Source of the DNA: Mytilus californianus
Taxonomy: Eukaryota
DNA: 64,000 nucleotides
Direction: 5' to 3'
NCBI RefSeq assembly: GCF_021869535.1
Contig: NW_026262690.1
Span: forward strand, 125,488,001 to 125,552,000
Part shown: in pieces, positions 13,301 to 28,300 of the stretch
Layout: every line of letters begins with the position of its first letter
Position numbering within the stretch: the first letter of the stretch is position 1
Notes under the pieces: generated by a model
What the model was told of the DNA's origin: nothing
Database searches by the model: none
The model's input: only the letters and a program-made list of their open reading frames with translations
Program-made: the position numbers and the translations under genes

Positions 13301-16300
13301 ACCATTGACTTACTATTATTGCGAACCAAATGAAAGTCTTCCACAGAGTCGTCTGCTCTTGACCAGGGAATTTAAACTTGTCTATTCTCTTGTTCTATTG
13401 AACAAATACAATAGCTATTGTTCTCTGTGTAGTTTTTTCACTGGGACCTTTAAATTTCTTCTAGGAGAAATCTATCACTCATTGATTGTCCAGGCATGAC
13501 AAAAACTAATGCTATAATATATTTACTTTTGATACATTTCTGAATCATATTGAAAATAAGTTATGTATGGATATGTCAGAGTTTTAAATGCTCCTTTACT
13601 ATACATATGTATCATATTTTTTGTTTGAACCCATCCAATTTTATTACCTCATGTAGCTGTCGTTGGTAAAGTTTGGCCTCGTCTCTGGCTGCCTTTTCTC
13701 TATGCTGCATCTCTATATAATTCTGTTTCAAATCCTAAAAAAAGTAAAGTTTTTATATGATTGCATGATCAAATAGACCTTATCACTATTTGGGAATCTG
13801 TGACACTTGACCCGAGAATTTGCGACACTTGAACTTTTGACGTCATACAACAATCACTTTTTCTTTGTGGCGTCAGACATTTTCTATTGTGACGTCAAAA
13901 TTTTACGGGAACCTGTGTGATGTCCAGTAATGGCGGACAAATAGCGATAAGGTGTATGGAATAAATACTCATAGATTATAAATTGTGATGACAAAGATTA
14001 AAGTTAATGTTAAATGTTTGACTTTGTGATTATGAAAATATAGTCATTATATGAAACTGAGTTTAAATATATAAGACATATTATTGAAAATAGGAATGCA
14101 AAAAAAAAAAAATTAATTGAAATTATGCAAATTATCTATTTATACCTGATTTGTGAAAAACATAAAAAATCCCAAATAATGTTTCTGTAAAAATAGGAAA
14201 TATAAGCAGAAGGATAGAAAGCTTATAAAGTGGAAGAAAAATACAAAAACAAAGTTCATGCAATTGAAAATTAACAGAAAAGTTATTTCAGAAGACAGAT
14301 ATTTATACAACGAGCAAGCAAATCTACATGAAAAAGAAAACAGTTTAAAAGAGTAGATACTGTTCAAAACAAACAGATTTGTTAGTGAAAATTCAAAATA
14401 ATGATATCATGCATAGGTAATACCAAGAAATCTAAATAAAAACAACAGAAATAACGAATATTAGACAAAAAATTCTGATTATAACAGGAAAAAAAACATG
14501 CAGGGTTTTCTACTATATTCTATTGAGCATGCTACAAAAATAAACGACAAGTCAAACTGTATTGATTCATACACCATAAAAATGTGGAATTCTACAATTT
14601 ATTCACCATAAAAATATGGAAATCTACAACTTATTCAAATTTAAATGAATCATAGGCCTTTGTCCTTTAAATTTTATGGGTCTTGTGTCCTCAAAAAAAT
14701 TCTGAAATATTGTTACAATAGTGTGATTATGATTTTAATTTGGTCCTGAGAGAAAGTTGGTTAACACTTGTCTGGTATCTGTTGTAAAAGTAACATTGAT
14801 TTTATTTTCTATGATGAACATTAATACAATACAGTTTGATGTGTCTTGAACTACGTATGCTGCGAGTATTGCAGCACATACATGTAATTTTCCGTTAGAT
14901 TCTGACAACTTAGCCGCTATCTCCGCCTTTATAGAACTCAATTCTTTAATTTCATGCTGAAAATGAATCAGTTTTTATAATAAGCTTTCATCCTGGAAGT
15001 TGTTAATTTCAATTGCTTGAAATGTGAAGACTGAATGTAAGCAATAACACAACAAATGCTATGAGACTTTGTCAATTGTGAAAATGAAAATGAAATTTCA
15101 GATAAGTCTTCTCCAATTTCTTTTATGCATCAATTCACACAAGTTTTATTTAAATCAAATGTGAACAACTAAATGTGAAACAATAACACAAAAATACTAT
15201 GTGACTTTATGAGTCGTGTTAATGAATACAGTTTTTAAGTTTATTATTTCTTCTTAAATTTTTGTATTTTAATGTATCAATTTTCAAATTTTATTCAATC
15301 ATGTGAATTGTGAAACAACTAAAAGTGATACAGTGAAAACAGATCAATGTGTGTCTTTGTGAATTCTGCTTGCGGCCATGTTTTTTATTATCTGACGTTT
15401 GTCATCAATGCTTTTTTATTTATCTAGATATTTTAATGACTGTCAGAATTTCGAATTTAGTATACACTCTTTATTCTCTCCATTGTTTTTTATTTAAATG
15501 GAAAATGATATTGTAGTCCTTCTAGCCAAGTTCAATCAAATCAAATAAAGCTGTTGCCATAGTAATAGACTATTTACCTGTAGTTGATTGGCCTGATCCT
15601 GGGCCAGTAAATGTGCTGCCTCTAGTGAAGACATTCTGTCCTCTATCCTATTTCTCTCCTCTGTTACGGCTGCTAATTTGGCGGCATTGTTATTTAATTC
15701 ATTCTCCATCTAATAATGTGAAAATACATGCATATTTATATATATTGTATATATGTTTCATGTTAGTAATATTTAAAGGAAGACTTGACACTTAAATTTA
15801 TGAATCAAATTGAAAATGAATCGTTCAATTCTTATTGTATTTGTCAGTATCATACAAAGATTTTTTTACTTGCATACAATATTAAATACAAAACTGATTA
15901 AATTTATCTTTTTCGTGGAAATAAATTTTCAAACATATGATTAATTTTTAAAGATATATAAAAAAAATTACACTAGAAATACAGACTTTAAAATGAATTT
16001 GTAGAGAATTTCAAAATTGAGGAAAATCTATAGTGTTAATTTTAAATAAAGTGTCTATAGACTAAAAAAAATTAATTCATTCATATATTCTGGTCATACC
16101 ATATATTTCAATTATAACATGCATTCAAATACCTATGAAAATGTAGTTTTAAATTCATTCATAAATTTCATCTACACGTGCAAACTTGATATACAATAAT
16201 TATATTCTACAGAGAGAAAATAACTTTACCCTTTCTACAACTGTTCTGGAGTTTCTGACTTACCCTTTCTACAATTGTTCTTGAGTCTCTGACCTCTCTG

Positions 16301-19300
16301 TCCATATCTATTCTTACAGATTTAAGTTCATTAAGTTCCACATCTTTGATTCTGATTTGTTCATCCTGAGCAGCTCTTACAGCCTGAAAAAATAAATCAA
16401 ATAACTTTAATGATTATTTCAATACTTGTAATACAGTGTAAATTTTAATGCACCAGATGTCTAAATTCAATACTGTGGAACCTATTTTGGTGGGTTTCAT
16501 GGGTACAGGTGAACCACACATCTAAAGGTTCAATGAAGTAACAAATTTCTATAAGCTTATATGCAGACTTTGGCAAAACCAAATTCAAATATTTGCACAA
16601 ATACATTTTTTTTGTGTTTATCCACCAAAATTGGTACCCATGACAACAAATGAATCCACTCTACAGTTTTCTTGCTGATAACTAACCAAAGCATCACCGA
16701 GCTCTCGTTTCATATTCTCCATCTGCATACCATTATGATGTAGTTGGTGTCGATGACTTTCTAGATCTTTGACTAGCTGTTCATTTCTCTGTATTAACTG
16801 ATTAGCACCATGTTTATGTCTGTCAACTTCACGCTCTAATTGTTTTACTTTCATTTTCCATCTAAAAATAGAACAAGTACAAATTAGTTTAACTTTCATT
16901 TCCCATCTAAAATTTAAACTGGTTCATATTACAATTATTTTTATAATTCTCAACTTATCACTCAAATTGTTTTCATTTCCATAAAGTACACTTTGCATAT
17001 GACAGCATGCTTCAGATATGTACCTTCTGTTTAAAGTTATGACAAGAAAAATGAGTGTTGTTTTCAGTAAAATCAAATAATAAAATATGAGTTCATAGAA
17101 CGTCTAAGTTTTTCATTTTTCCAAAAAAATAATCTATTTCTTCAAGAGCAACATTTTGGCATTAACTGTTTCTTAGAAAGTGGATGAAAAACCTATAGAT
17201 AGACATGAAAACTTAAAAGTCAGATTAGCAGAAAATATTTATATTTATGGCCTAAACTATAACATGTACTGATCATACCATATCAAATATGGATCTGAAA
17301 TGTTCTACTCTCAGACTATAAAATAAACCAAGGTTGCATTTTTTTTTAAATGCTTGAGTATTGAACAATAGTACTTACTGTCTGACTGTTTCCTGAGCAC
17401 GAGCTTTGAATTCATCCTTCTTCTTTTCTGACTCGTGTAAAGATAACTGTGTATTCCGTAATTCATTAGTCGTTTTTTCTAAGTCTTTAGTAACTTCTTT
17501 CACTTTATTAGAAGAATCATCGTAATTAGTTTGTAACTGATTCTTCTGTCGATCAGAAGCTTCAAACTTGTCTGACATTTCTTTTAATTGTGTAATAAGC
17601 TTGGCAGCCTGTTTTTCACGATTATCTAAATCTTTCGTCAAAGTCTGCAAAAATTAAAGTATATGAAATTATTTCTATAGAATTTTATGAAGATCAAATA
17701 TTTAATTTCTTTTTTTCTAGATAAAAAAACATAACTTTTAAGATTCTGATAATTGATACAATCTTTCTTCACCCCCCTTTTTTTATGGTAAACATGTTTC
17801 CATTTTTGTAACTACACATTTCAAAGATGGATTAAAAATTGCATTTTCATGGACTCTTGATTTTGGGATTAACAAATTCCGCATACAGGCCAAAAGAGAA
17901 TTTGTACTTTGTTGAATGTTAAAATGTGTGGTCTAATTTCACCAAAACTAGTATCCCAGGCATAATAAATAATATATCAAGTATATGACAATGAGACAAC
18001 CCAGCAACTAAAAACCCACAAAGTAATATTTCATATAACAATCACAGATATATGGCCATTTAAATACAATCTGAAGTGGCATTAAAAACCAATCAACTAT
18101 TTTTGCAACAGATGAAAGTACTAAAAGCACCAAATACTTTTGACTACTGACCTCTATATGATCCGAAAGCTGAACTCTTTGACGTTCACTGCGTTCAATC
18201 CCTCGCCGTAATTCCTCCATTTCACTTGAAGCACTAATTGATCGAGTTAACTGACCTCGTAACTCCTGTAATTCTCTTTCCATTAATCTCCTATCTCTGT
18301 CCTTTTCCTCTTCCACTAGAAAAATTATAATTTTATTATTTGTGAACAAGTCTGTATTCTTCACAAATATATTGAAACTTTATGGAATAAAATATACCTT
18401 CAGGAAAAGAGTGTATATTAAATGAGAAACCTATTAATATGATTCTAAACATGCTGAAAAGAATTGTCCAATCAGATTTAATGAATAAGAGGTATTTTCG
18501 AATTTCAACATGTAGGCTTTCATATCATAGTGAGCATTACTCAGTTCAGATAGTTATGATACCAAAGCAACCTGAAGTTGACATTTCATCAAATGGTCAC
18601 TCAAATAAACTAGAAAACTGTGATCATCGCAAAAAAAATCATAACCCCCTTCCCCATTTATATTGATATGGCAAAGCCTATGTTTTGTTATGGGAAACTC
18701 AAAAATCAATTGGATTAAAAAATAAAATATGAGGTGCACAATACCATAGAAATGTGAATACATGTACAGCAAAAATTATAAACTAATGAAATTTCCAAGT
18801 ATATAGTAAAGTACTTCTATCCTCCATTATACTAACCTGATCGTTTTTTCCTTCTTTCTCTAATTTCATCTTCATATCGGCTGTCATCCATCTGTTGTTT
18901 CAGACGACCTTTTTCATTGTCTATTCTGTGTAACTGTGACCTTAATTCATCCACCTGTAAAAAATAACATGATTCATATACATGTGGTTAACAATATCTA
19001 GACTTTGACCTGTGAACTGTGACCTTAATTCATCCACCTGAACAAAATAACTAGTTTTATATACATGTTGTTAACAATATCTAGACTTTGGTTAACTATA
19101 ATTTCAATAGCTGTTATAAAGCCATAATTTTTTTAGATTGATCAATTAATTAACTTATTCCAATTAAATTGATCCTGAACTCCACATGATTCAATTGGCA
19201 TTCAAAGCGTGTTTGTTTATCTGTTTAGACCTAACCTTTTTTTCTAGCTCCAAATATTCCATATAACTCTGTTTTTGAAACTTTTGACCTCAAGTGTTTT

Positions 19301-22300
19301 CAGAAAATTGCTTCCTTGCAAAATAATTGGTACCTGATGATTACATTATAACTGGTACCTACCTGTGCTTGAAGAGCTACTTTGCCACCTTCACTCTGAT
19401 CTAATTTTCTCTTTAGGTTGTCTAAATCTGACTCTACCTACAATGTCATTGTATTCATTATATACTTCTTAATTGTTAACTGTGGAATAGTAATTTATTC
19501 AGGAATGAACAAATGAAAAAATATCTTTACTTCAAATTTCAAACATAAACATACTACTAAAAAATGAACCTGAACTGTGTTTCTATAAAAATGTCTATCA
19601 ACTGAAATTTTATTGAGGCCCTTTTTTCTTACTTGAGATAATACATTTTGGTTGGAAAAATTGCAAAATAAGAAGAGATTATTCAAACCTTACTAAAAAA
19701 CATTTTTTAATCAAATTTACAATAGATAAGTCACGATAAAAACCTTGAACTGGAGATTAAGTGTAAGTTCAAAATTGTAACCAATGGAAATGACAACTAC
19801 ATGGCCTTGACCTTCATGAGTGATTTTGAAGTCATACATTTTATCATATGAACATCATCTTAAACTATAATACTGCCACAAACACAATGAGTATATTTAT
19901 ATATGACAAATTTACAAAGCAGCAGATATGCCATTAACATGGACATTTGAATTTTGAAAAAAATAGAAAATATTTGGCAAAATATATATTCAAGATTCTC
20001 AAAGGTAATATACAACAAGTTGTTCTTCAAGTAAGATATTGAATCAATCTATTGCAAAGCTGACTCAATCATAAAATCCTTTTTAATTCTAAAAGATTAG
20101 AAAAAAATGTTTGTTTATAAAAATTCTAAATTATCTTGGGCATATAGAATTTGTTTAGGGCTTTTCCAGAATTAATTAAATGGTGGGTTGGAAGGCACTT
20201 TTATCAAAATTTGATGGGTGGTGGTTATTCTAGACAGATAGCCTTATAGATCAACTAAAATTTAATGCATGGCAAGGTTAAATAAAAAGTGCCTTCCAAC
20301 CCCCCAATCATTTATTTCTGGAATTGCCCATAATAAATATCATCTTACATCAAAGAAAAATCAAAGTTAGATTTAGGTAAGGCTCAGCTGAATTAAGCAA
20401 GCAATATAATAAAAACATTCAGATTTAGGTAGGTAGAAGTAGGTTTTATTAACCAAACATTTCTAGGCCTAAATCTCTAATTGATTGTTACTTGCCTAAT
20501 GTTCAGTGGCAATTATTTCATGAAGATTCAGGACGAGCCTTAATCTCTGTGAATTCCAAAATGATTAAAAGTATTTTGAAGAACCTACTCTGATTTTATT
20601 GGCTTCTGATTGTAAATACTGATTCCTGACTCGTTCATCTGCTGCTTGTTGTGCATAATGTTGATTTTGATTTAATGCCTGAAATAAAGCGATATCTTCT
20701 ACCATCGTGCAAACGATATATAACCTCTAAATATCAGACCAAACTTACAATATACTTAAGCTTATTGAGAATTTCTTATTAATTGTTGGATACCAATTTT
20801 CTTTGCTTTCGTGGGAATAGATAAACCATAAATTTTAAATGTTCGACCAAGTTCAAATTTTCTGTAGAGTTGAATGCAGACATCTGCAAAACCACAAAAT
20901 AAAATATCCATGAAGATACAATTTTCATCAATCCACAAAAACTAGTACCCAGGAAAATAAATGAGTTCACAGTATTTTTGCTTTAAAAATAAAGACCAAA
21001 ACCAAAAAAGTAAGTACCTAATAATTGATATCATTTTCAAAGTTTGATCTAAATTGTATTTCAGGTTTCTTGTAAATTCATAAGAGAAATTTGGTCTGAT
21101 ATTTAATCTCACCGAGTTTAAACTGCAAATAAATCATTCACAACAAAACTAATATATTTTTCAACAAAACAAGTATAATTACAATTACTGCAGGTGTGCT
21201 TATATGCTAAAAATTGAGAAATTCAGTTTATTCAAATAATCATTGCTTGAAATGCCATAATTTGGATATATTTACAAATTAATACTGCATATCTTTCATC
21301 AGTATTCATCAGTTAAATGAATGGAGCTCTTAACATTAACAGTCTACTAGAAGAAACTCTTTATTTTGTTCATAAAAGTAACTTCTGATAGGTAAAATAC
21401 ATATACTTGAAGCTCCTATTCCATTAAGGAACATTATAAATAAGGGAAAAATACTACCAGTCCACTCTGTATTAAAACTCCAAAATCGTTGTTTTTTAAA
21501 ATATATTAAAATTTCAATCTTTTTATGAAAATAAAATGTGAAAGTTCTCACCTGTCGTAAATCAGTTGATAAATTCAATAATTCATCGTAACGATCATAA
21601 GCATGTCTGTCCCTATCTCCTTGTAACTCGTTTTGTATAGCATTCAACCTTCTCTCTACTCGGGAAGCAACCTTTAAATATTTACAATGGGCATGTATAA
21701 CTTTTGTTAAATATGTGTGTATTATCATCGACAACTTTATTTGCAGCTAATATCATTTTCAAAATTGTCAATTATACAGATGGCAAAGTCAGGAATTCCA
21801 ATGATAATAAGAAAGATCGATTCAAAATATATTTTCAAATAGAAAATTCAGGCTCATTTTCTGCTGCATGAAATTTTAGAAATGTTTTTTTTTATTTTCT
21901 TAATTCAGAATGTGATTGCCAAATGTGTTGAATATATGATGTGTGACACATGAGCCATAACCAGACCACAGCACATATATATGAACTTACAGGATCTTCA
22001 TGTGGCATTTTCTTCAGTGTTTCTGATATATCTTTCATTGTCCTTCTGGCTTCATATTCACTCCTACAAATGAAAATAACCCTTTATTAATTTTGTGCAT
22101 TCAAAGCGCTTTTCTAGATTTAGCTTAAGCAGGAACACTCACATCCAAACATTTGAAAGACAAGGATCAAGATTAAATACATTATATTAAATAAATTACA
22201 AATATGTCATTTTTACTTACCCTCTGACCCTAATTTTTTTTCAGCATTTTAGCAAAAACACATATATTACTTTGTTTGGTCTTATTTGCTGGTGCGCATG

Positions 22301-25300
22301 TTAAAGATGTTCTTACATGACACAAATCTTTGATCAATTGAAGTAGGCAGTAACTACAAGATTTTCCAGCTAATTGCCAAAAACTTGCATGCAATATGCA
22401 ATAGTTGGTGCTGAACACTCAAGAACCAACAATCAATCAATTAACTTTACAGCACTTTTTTTAAAATATTTTTTTTAAATTACCTTTCTCTTCGTCCAAC
22501 TTCTGATTGAAACTGATGCCCTAAATCTATATGGTCATTGGACAAATCTCGTAATGAATTATTTAAAGTGTGAAGTTCTCTGTTCATATCATCTGCAAAC
22601 CGTACAGTAGAACTTCTCTTCCTTCGTCGTCTAGTCACAGTCGGAGAACCTTCAAATTCACTATCACTCTAGAAAAAAGAAAAAAAAAACTGGTTGAAAT
22701 AAATTCTAACACTAAAATTTTATTCATAAGGGATAATTGGATTTTTTCCTGTTGTTTCATCAGTGACTTTTCAAAGTGCTCTAGAAATGAAAAATGATAC
22801 ATTGCAGTGCTAATGATTTGTTTTTTAATTTTTTGTAGGTTACTTTTCAATGTGCTCATAAAACAAACATTCATGTGCTTGTTGAATTATGAATATGAGA
22901 TATCAATCAAAAATAATCAATGATAAAAACTGAAATTATTAATAATGATTGATTGGTGCTTGCTTTATGTTACCTGAGCACAAAAAAGCTATATTGCGGT
23001 GATATTAATAATGATATTGGTTCAATAATGTAAAGGTATTAAACCCTTGATAATTTATTCTGGATGAATTGTGAATTATCTGCAGAAGTATCTAATAATA
23101 AATGCACTTATAATGTAATGAAAAATTAGCTAGTGAATGTCAAACCAAAAAAATTTATAAAGTGACTAAAAACATACATAAAGTTATGTGATAAAAAACA
23201 AAAACTGTGAAGTGCATTAAACAGTGTTAGTTATCCTCCACCTGTCTGATCAGTGTAGTACAATAATATTCAGGGGATGCAGTACTTAATTTAGCCTAAA
23301 TTATTATGACATTTGACCTGTTTAGATATGAATTATAAATACAAAGTGAAAAAATTACTACGAAAAAATAATTGTGTCGTCAGGAGTGACCTAAAAACTG
23401 TTCTAAATATGCGGAAAGAAAAAATTTAAAAGAGAAAAACGAATAATAAATTCTCTGTAACATAAAAAAATAATTGTAATGTATGTTGTTAGAAATAGTA
23501 TAAAACTGTTCTAAAAACATCCAAAGGGGAAAAAGTTTTTCAAGAGGAACTAGAGGCTCTAAAGAGCCTGTGTCGCTCACCTTGGTCTATGTGCATATTA
23601 AACAATGGACACAGATGGATTCATGACAAAATTGTGTTTTGGTGATGGTGATGTGTTTGTAGATCTTACTTTACTGAACATTCTTGCTCCTTACTATTAT
23701 CTCTATCTATAATGAACTTGGCCCAGTAGTTACAGTGGAAAATATTTTGTAAAAATTTACAAAAATTTACAAAATTTATGAAAATTGTAAAAAATTGACT
23801 ATAAAGGGCAATAACTCCTTAAGGGGTCAATTGACAATTTTGGTCATGTTGACTTATTTGTAGATCTAACTTTGCTGTACATTATTGCTGTTTACAGTTT
23901 ATCTCTATCTATAATAATATTCAAGATAATAACCAAAAGCTGCAAAATTTTCTTAAAATTACCAATTCAGGGGCAGCAACCCAACAACATGTTGCCTGAT
24001 TGGTCTCAGGGCAGATAGATCTTGACCTAATGAACAATTTTATACCATCAGATTTGCTCTAAATGCTTTGGTTTCAGAGATATGAGCCAAAAACTGCATT
24101 TTACCCTATGTATTATTTTTTTGCCATGTCGGCCATCTTGGTTTGCGGGCAGGGTCATCGGACACATTTTTTAAACTAGATACCCTAATGATGATTGTGG
24201 ACAATTTTGGTTAAATTTGTCTTAGTAGTTTCAGTGGAGAAGATTTTTGTAAAAGATTACAAAAATTTACGAAAAATGGTTAAAAATTGACTATAAAGGG
24301 CAATAACTCCTTAAGGGGTCAACTGACCATTTTGGTCAAGTTGACTTATTTGTAGATCATACTTTGCTGAACATTATTGCTGTTTACAGTTTATCTCTAT
24401 CTATAATAATATTCAAGATAATAACCAAAAACGGCAAAATTTCCTTAAAATTACCAATTCAGGGGCAGCAACCCAACAACGGGTTGTCTGATTCATCTGA
24501 AAATTTCAGGGCAGATAGATCTTGACCTGATAAACAATTTTACCCCATGTCAGATTTGCTCTAAATGCTTTGGTTTCACAGATATAAGCCAAAATCTACA
24601 TTTTACCCCTATGTTCTATTTTTAGCCATGGCGGCCATCTTGGTTGGTTGGCGGGGTCATCGGACACATTTTTTAAACTAGATACCCCAATGATGATTGT
24701 GGCCAAGTTTGGTCAAATTTGGCCCAGTAGTTTCAGAGGAGAAGATTTTTGTAAAAGTTTACGGACGACGGACGACGGCCGACGGACGCAAAGTGATGAG
24801 AAAAGCTCACTTGACCTTTCAGGTCAGGTGAGCTAAAAAAGAAATACAATATTTTATTACTTATATGATTCAAAATTTTAAGTCAGCCATGAGTACGTTA
24901 GGGCTTTACATGTACCATTAAAATTGATGTGGGAGAGAAGGACAGGAAGTTTTATTTTTGGATCTTGGTTCTGGGCAATTTATGGTTTTAAGTTCATTTG
25001 ATGTATGCAAAATTAATCAAAGAAGGTATGCTGGTTGTAGGGCCTCAGGGCATTTTGGAAGTCCAACATCCATTTTAATAAAGTAGCCTTAAACATTAAA
25101 TCTTGTTCCCTATCCTGATTTTTCAGATAATAATTTATTTCAAAGATTTCATTAACTGCATCTAATTTTACCTACAATAGCTTACTGCTTGCTACCTTCT
25201 ACACATTTAACAAGTACCAAATCAACTAGCAGTTTTGTCAGACATAATATGCATAACATTCAAGGTCATGACAACACTGTGACACACAACAATTGAATTT

Positions 25301-28300
25301 ACGATGTCAGAAAGTCTTCTCATTAAAATCCCCTATCATTTAAGATTATAATATTGTATACAACTGAGCTCATCTAAATAATTAAAACATAACAATAATA
25401 CATCTACCTGTCCTCCACTGTCCTGGGGATTAAAATAATCAGTGATGTACAGACGTGTTACTACACTTTCAAAAGAAACATTTAAATCCTCTTAATCCGT
25501 CAAAATATCTCAAATATAATAATCATATAAAAATGTATTTCAAATTTTAGTAAACAGAAAGTACAGGATTAAAGTAATATTGTAAATATTAAATTTCTTT
25601 TTTTGATTGAATTAGTACTTTATAGCTTTAAGTCACTAAGTTTTACTACTGTTTATTTCTAGCTCAATGAACAGGTTCTCATTTCACATTACATTTGTGG
25701 AACTATTCCTTACAGATCAAAATTTCACGAAATGATTTCTTTTTTTAATTGTAAAAAGGGTAAAACATTCATTTAAAACAAAATGTTTTTTCTTGTCAAA
25801 TCTTTTGGTCAGGTCCGAAAACTGACAATTTGTGTAAAATCCATAAGAGGAAATGTTGGGGAGGCCATTTGACAACATGCCTCTTTAACATCTGCAGATT
25901 CCAACTTAAAATGTTAGTAGTCATCTACCTGAAACTTTATCGTCTTTTATTTGATTTGCATCTTTTTCCATAGCATGTTTCAATACATACATGTCAAGTT
26001 GCCAACAAATAAAATATACAAATATATCCATTAAAATGCTCGCCATTAAAACTTTAACAAAAGAACTGATAAAAAGATACCAAAAGCCCATGCTATATCA
26101 TAGTGAGTGACAATAAGCCTTAACCAGAAAATAAGATTTCCCATTAACCAGTAAAGCATTGTTTTTATAAGAACCTTACCCCATAATCTCTGTATGACGG
26201 ACTTCTTGCTCTTTCTCGTCTAACCTGATCATGTGTTCTTGCTACCTCATCACGTAACTGTAAAAACAATGTGTTTTATTATTAGTTTTATACTTTATTT
26301 TAATATTTGAATTAAGTTAGTTTTTAAACTTTATTTTAATATTTGGATTAAGTTTTGAACACTTAACAATGACATAAGTTTAGATTACAATACTAAGTGT
26401 GAAAAACAAACTAAGTGTACTGTATAAATTAAATTGTCATCATTGCTGAGTTTTTGTCCTTTTTTATTAAATTTCTTTATTTTTACATAATAGTTGATTG
26501 ATTCATCAATATCATGTGATTGCAAATGCTAATAGTTTAAGACAAAGGTGTAAAAATATACATATATCTCTATTTTCTAAATCTTCCTTTGATCTTTCTC
26601 AATTCTGAACGATAATTTTCAATCTCACAATATTTCATGTTGTCATGAGCAATATGTCATTGATGTTGCCTAGGAAAAGTGATAACTCACATTGTAAAAA
26701 ATTAAACTACGATTTTAGCCACTTTTCTTGAATTATGATTACTATGAATTTCGTAGTGATTCATTAATACTTGGTTACTTACCCTATCGACTGAGCTTCG
26801 CTGTTCTCTTGTAACATCACGATAAGAATCTAACATGCGATCCAAGGAACGCAGGTTTCTAGTCGTTCCCTACAGTGTGAAAATGAAAAACTTGTGTAGT
26901 TATGTGGAAAAAACATCTCAAAATGGTAATTTTCACTTCCATCTCATTTGGTGGTATAGATTTGTTACTATACAAAATTGATAAGGCAGAAATAATTTAT
27001 TTTTCATCCAATATTTTGCTATGAATAGCAAATATATTTCACATACAAATGAAAGAAAAGTTTTCATTGATGACAAATTTAACACTTGAAGAGAATTTGG
27101 TAAAGACCTATTACTGTGACGATTATTTAAATTCTATACAACACTACATTGTATAGTTCAAACATCTTTAACATCTTCATGGTACACTGAACATACTTTT
27201 ACAGACTCATTTTAATTCTAATGAAATATCATGATCCAGCTAAACTTTCAGACCGAGTTTGACAAGTGTATAAGAACTTAACATTTGTTTTTTTAATCTT
27301 TCCCTAAAATACAACAACATATGTGTGTCATTTCTTTTACAAATTTAAACAAATGAAATATGTTTAAACCAAACAAAAAAGTAAGAAATTTTATTTGATA
27401 TTTTTTTTCTTAAACAAGACAAGATTAAACAATTTTATGCTAGCTCTCACTTTAATGACAATATGCAATGTTTTTATTGATCATCTTTTGACTTATCATT
27501 TATGATTAATACAAATACTTCAAATCAATTAACCATCTAAGGGCCGTTCCAGAAATAAATGTATGGGCAGGGGGTTGGAACTTGGAAGACACTTATTATT
27601 TTACCCCAACATGCCATGCAAATAATTTTCCAGAAATATTTCCAATAGTTGTTAAGCTTTCTTTCTAAAGTAATCACCGCAAATGAAATTGAATAGAATT
27701 GCCCTCCAACCCTCCCCCTCCTCATAAAATCAATTATGGAACAGCCCTGATGAATAGAAGACGAAAACTATTATATTTCATGTGCATTGCCACTAGGAAT
27801 TAACATACAACAAGGAAATATCTCAGATTCCTTTAAATCTCTTTAGTACTTTTATCATCCATCATTTTTATTGATTCCTTAGGTAAGGATAACAAAACAT
27901 ATTCATAAAACTTTAATGAATTCAAGTGAATGATCCTTTGCCATGCATACAATTTTAATAAGTTTTAAGATTAGACAATCTCTAGTCATTTAATTTCTAT
28001 TTAAATTTCCATTGATTTAAACTGAAAAGAAATAAACATGATTTTTAACTTCAATCACTCTGTATACTAAATAGTGCATTGATTAAAAGGACTTGTTTTG
28101 ACAAACATTTATAACAGTTCTGGCATTTAACATTTATCTGTTAATTTTATATGGTTGAAGAATCATATCGAGATGGAACAGAGTGTTAGGCCACTAAATG
28201 TCGACAGGATTTCTTATATGAAATCTTTGATAAAAGACAAAGTGACTGTTATTATAGGCACTCTAGATCTCACATTAATGACTTTACAAGGGGCATTTGA

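Noticed and set aside
25929-25975. Candidate CEP128 exon MEKDANQIKDDKVS
   Set aside because: No acceptor AG upstream, and it ends in an incompatible phase.
27747-27768. CTGATGA...GAAA hammerhead-like pair
   Set aside because: No pairing stem II, I or III could be formed around it.
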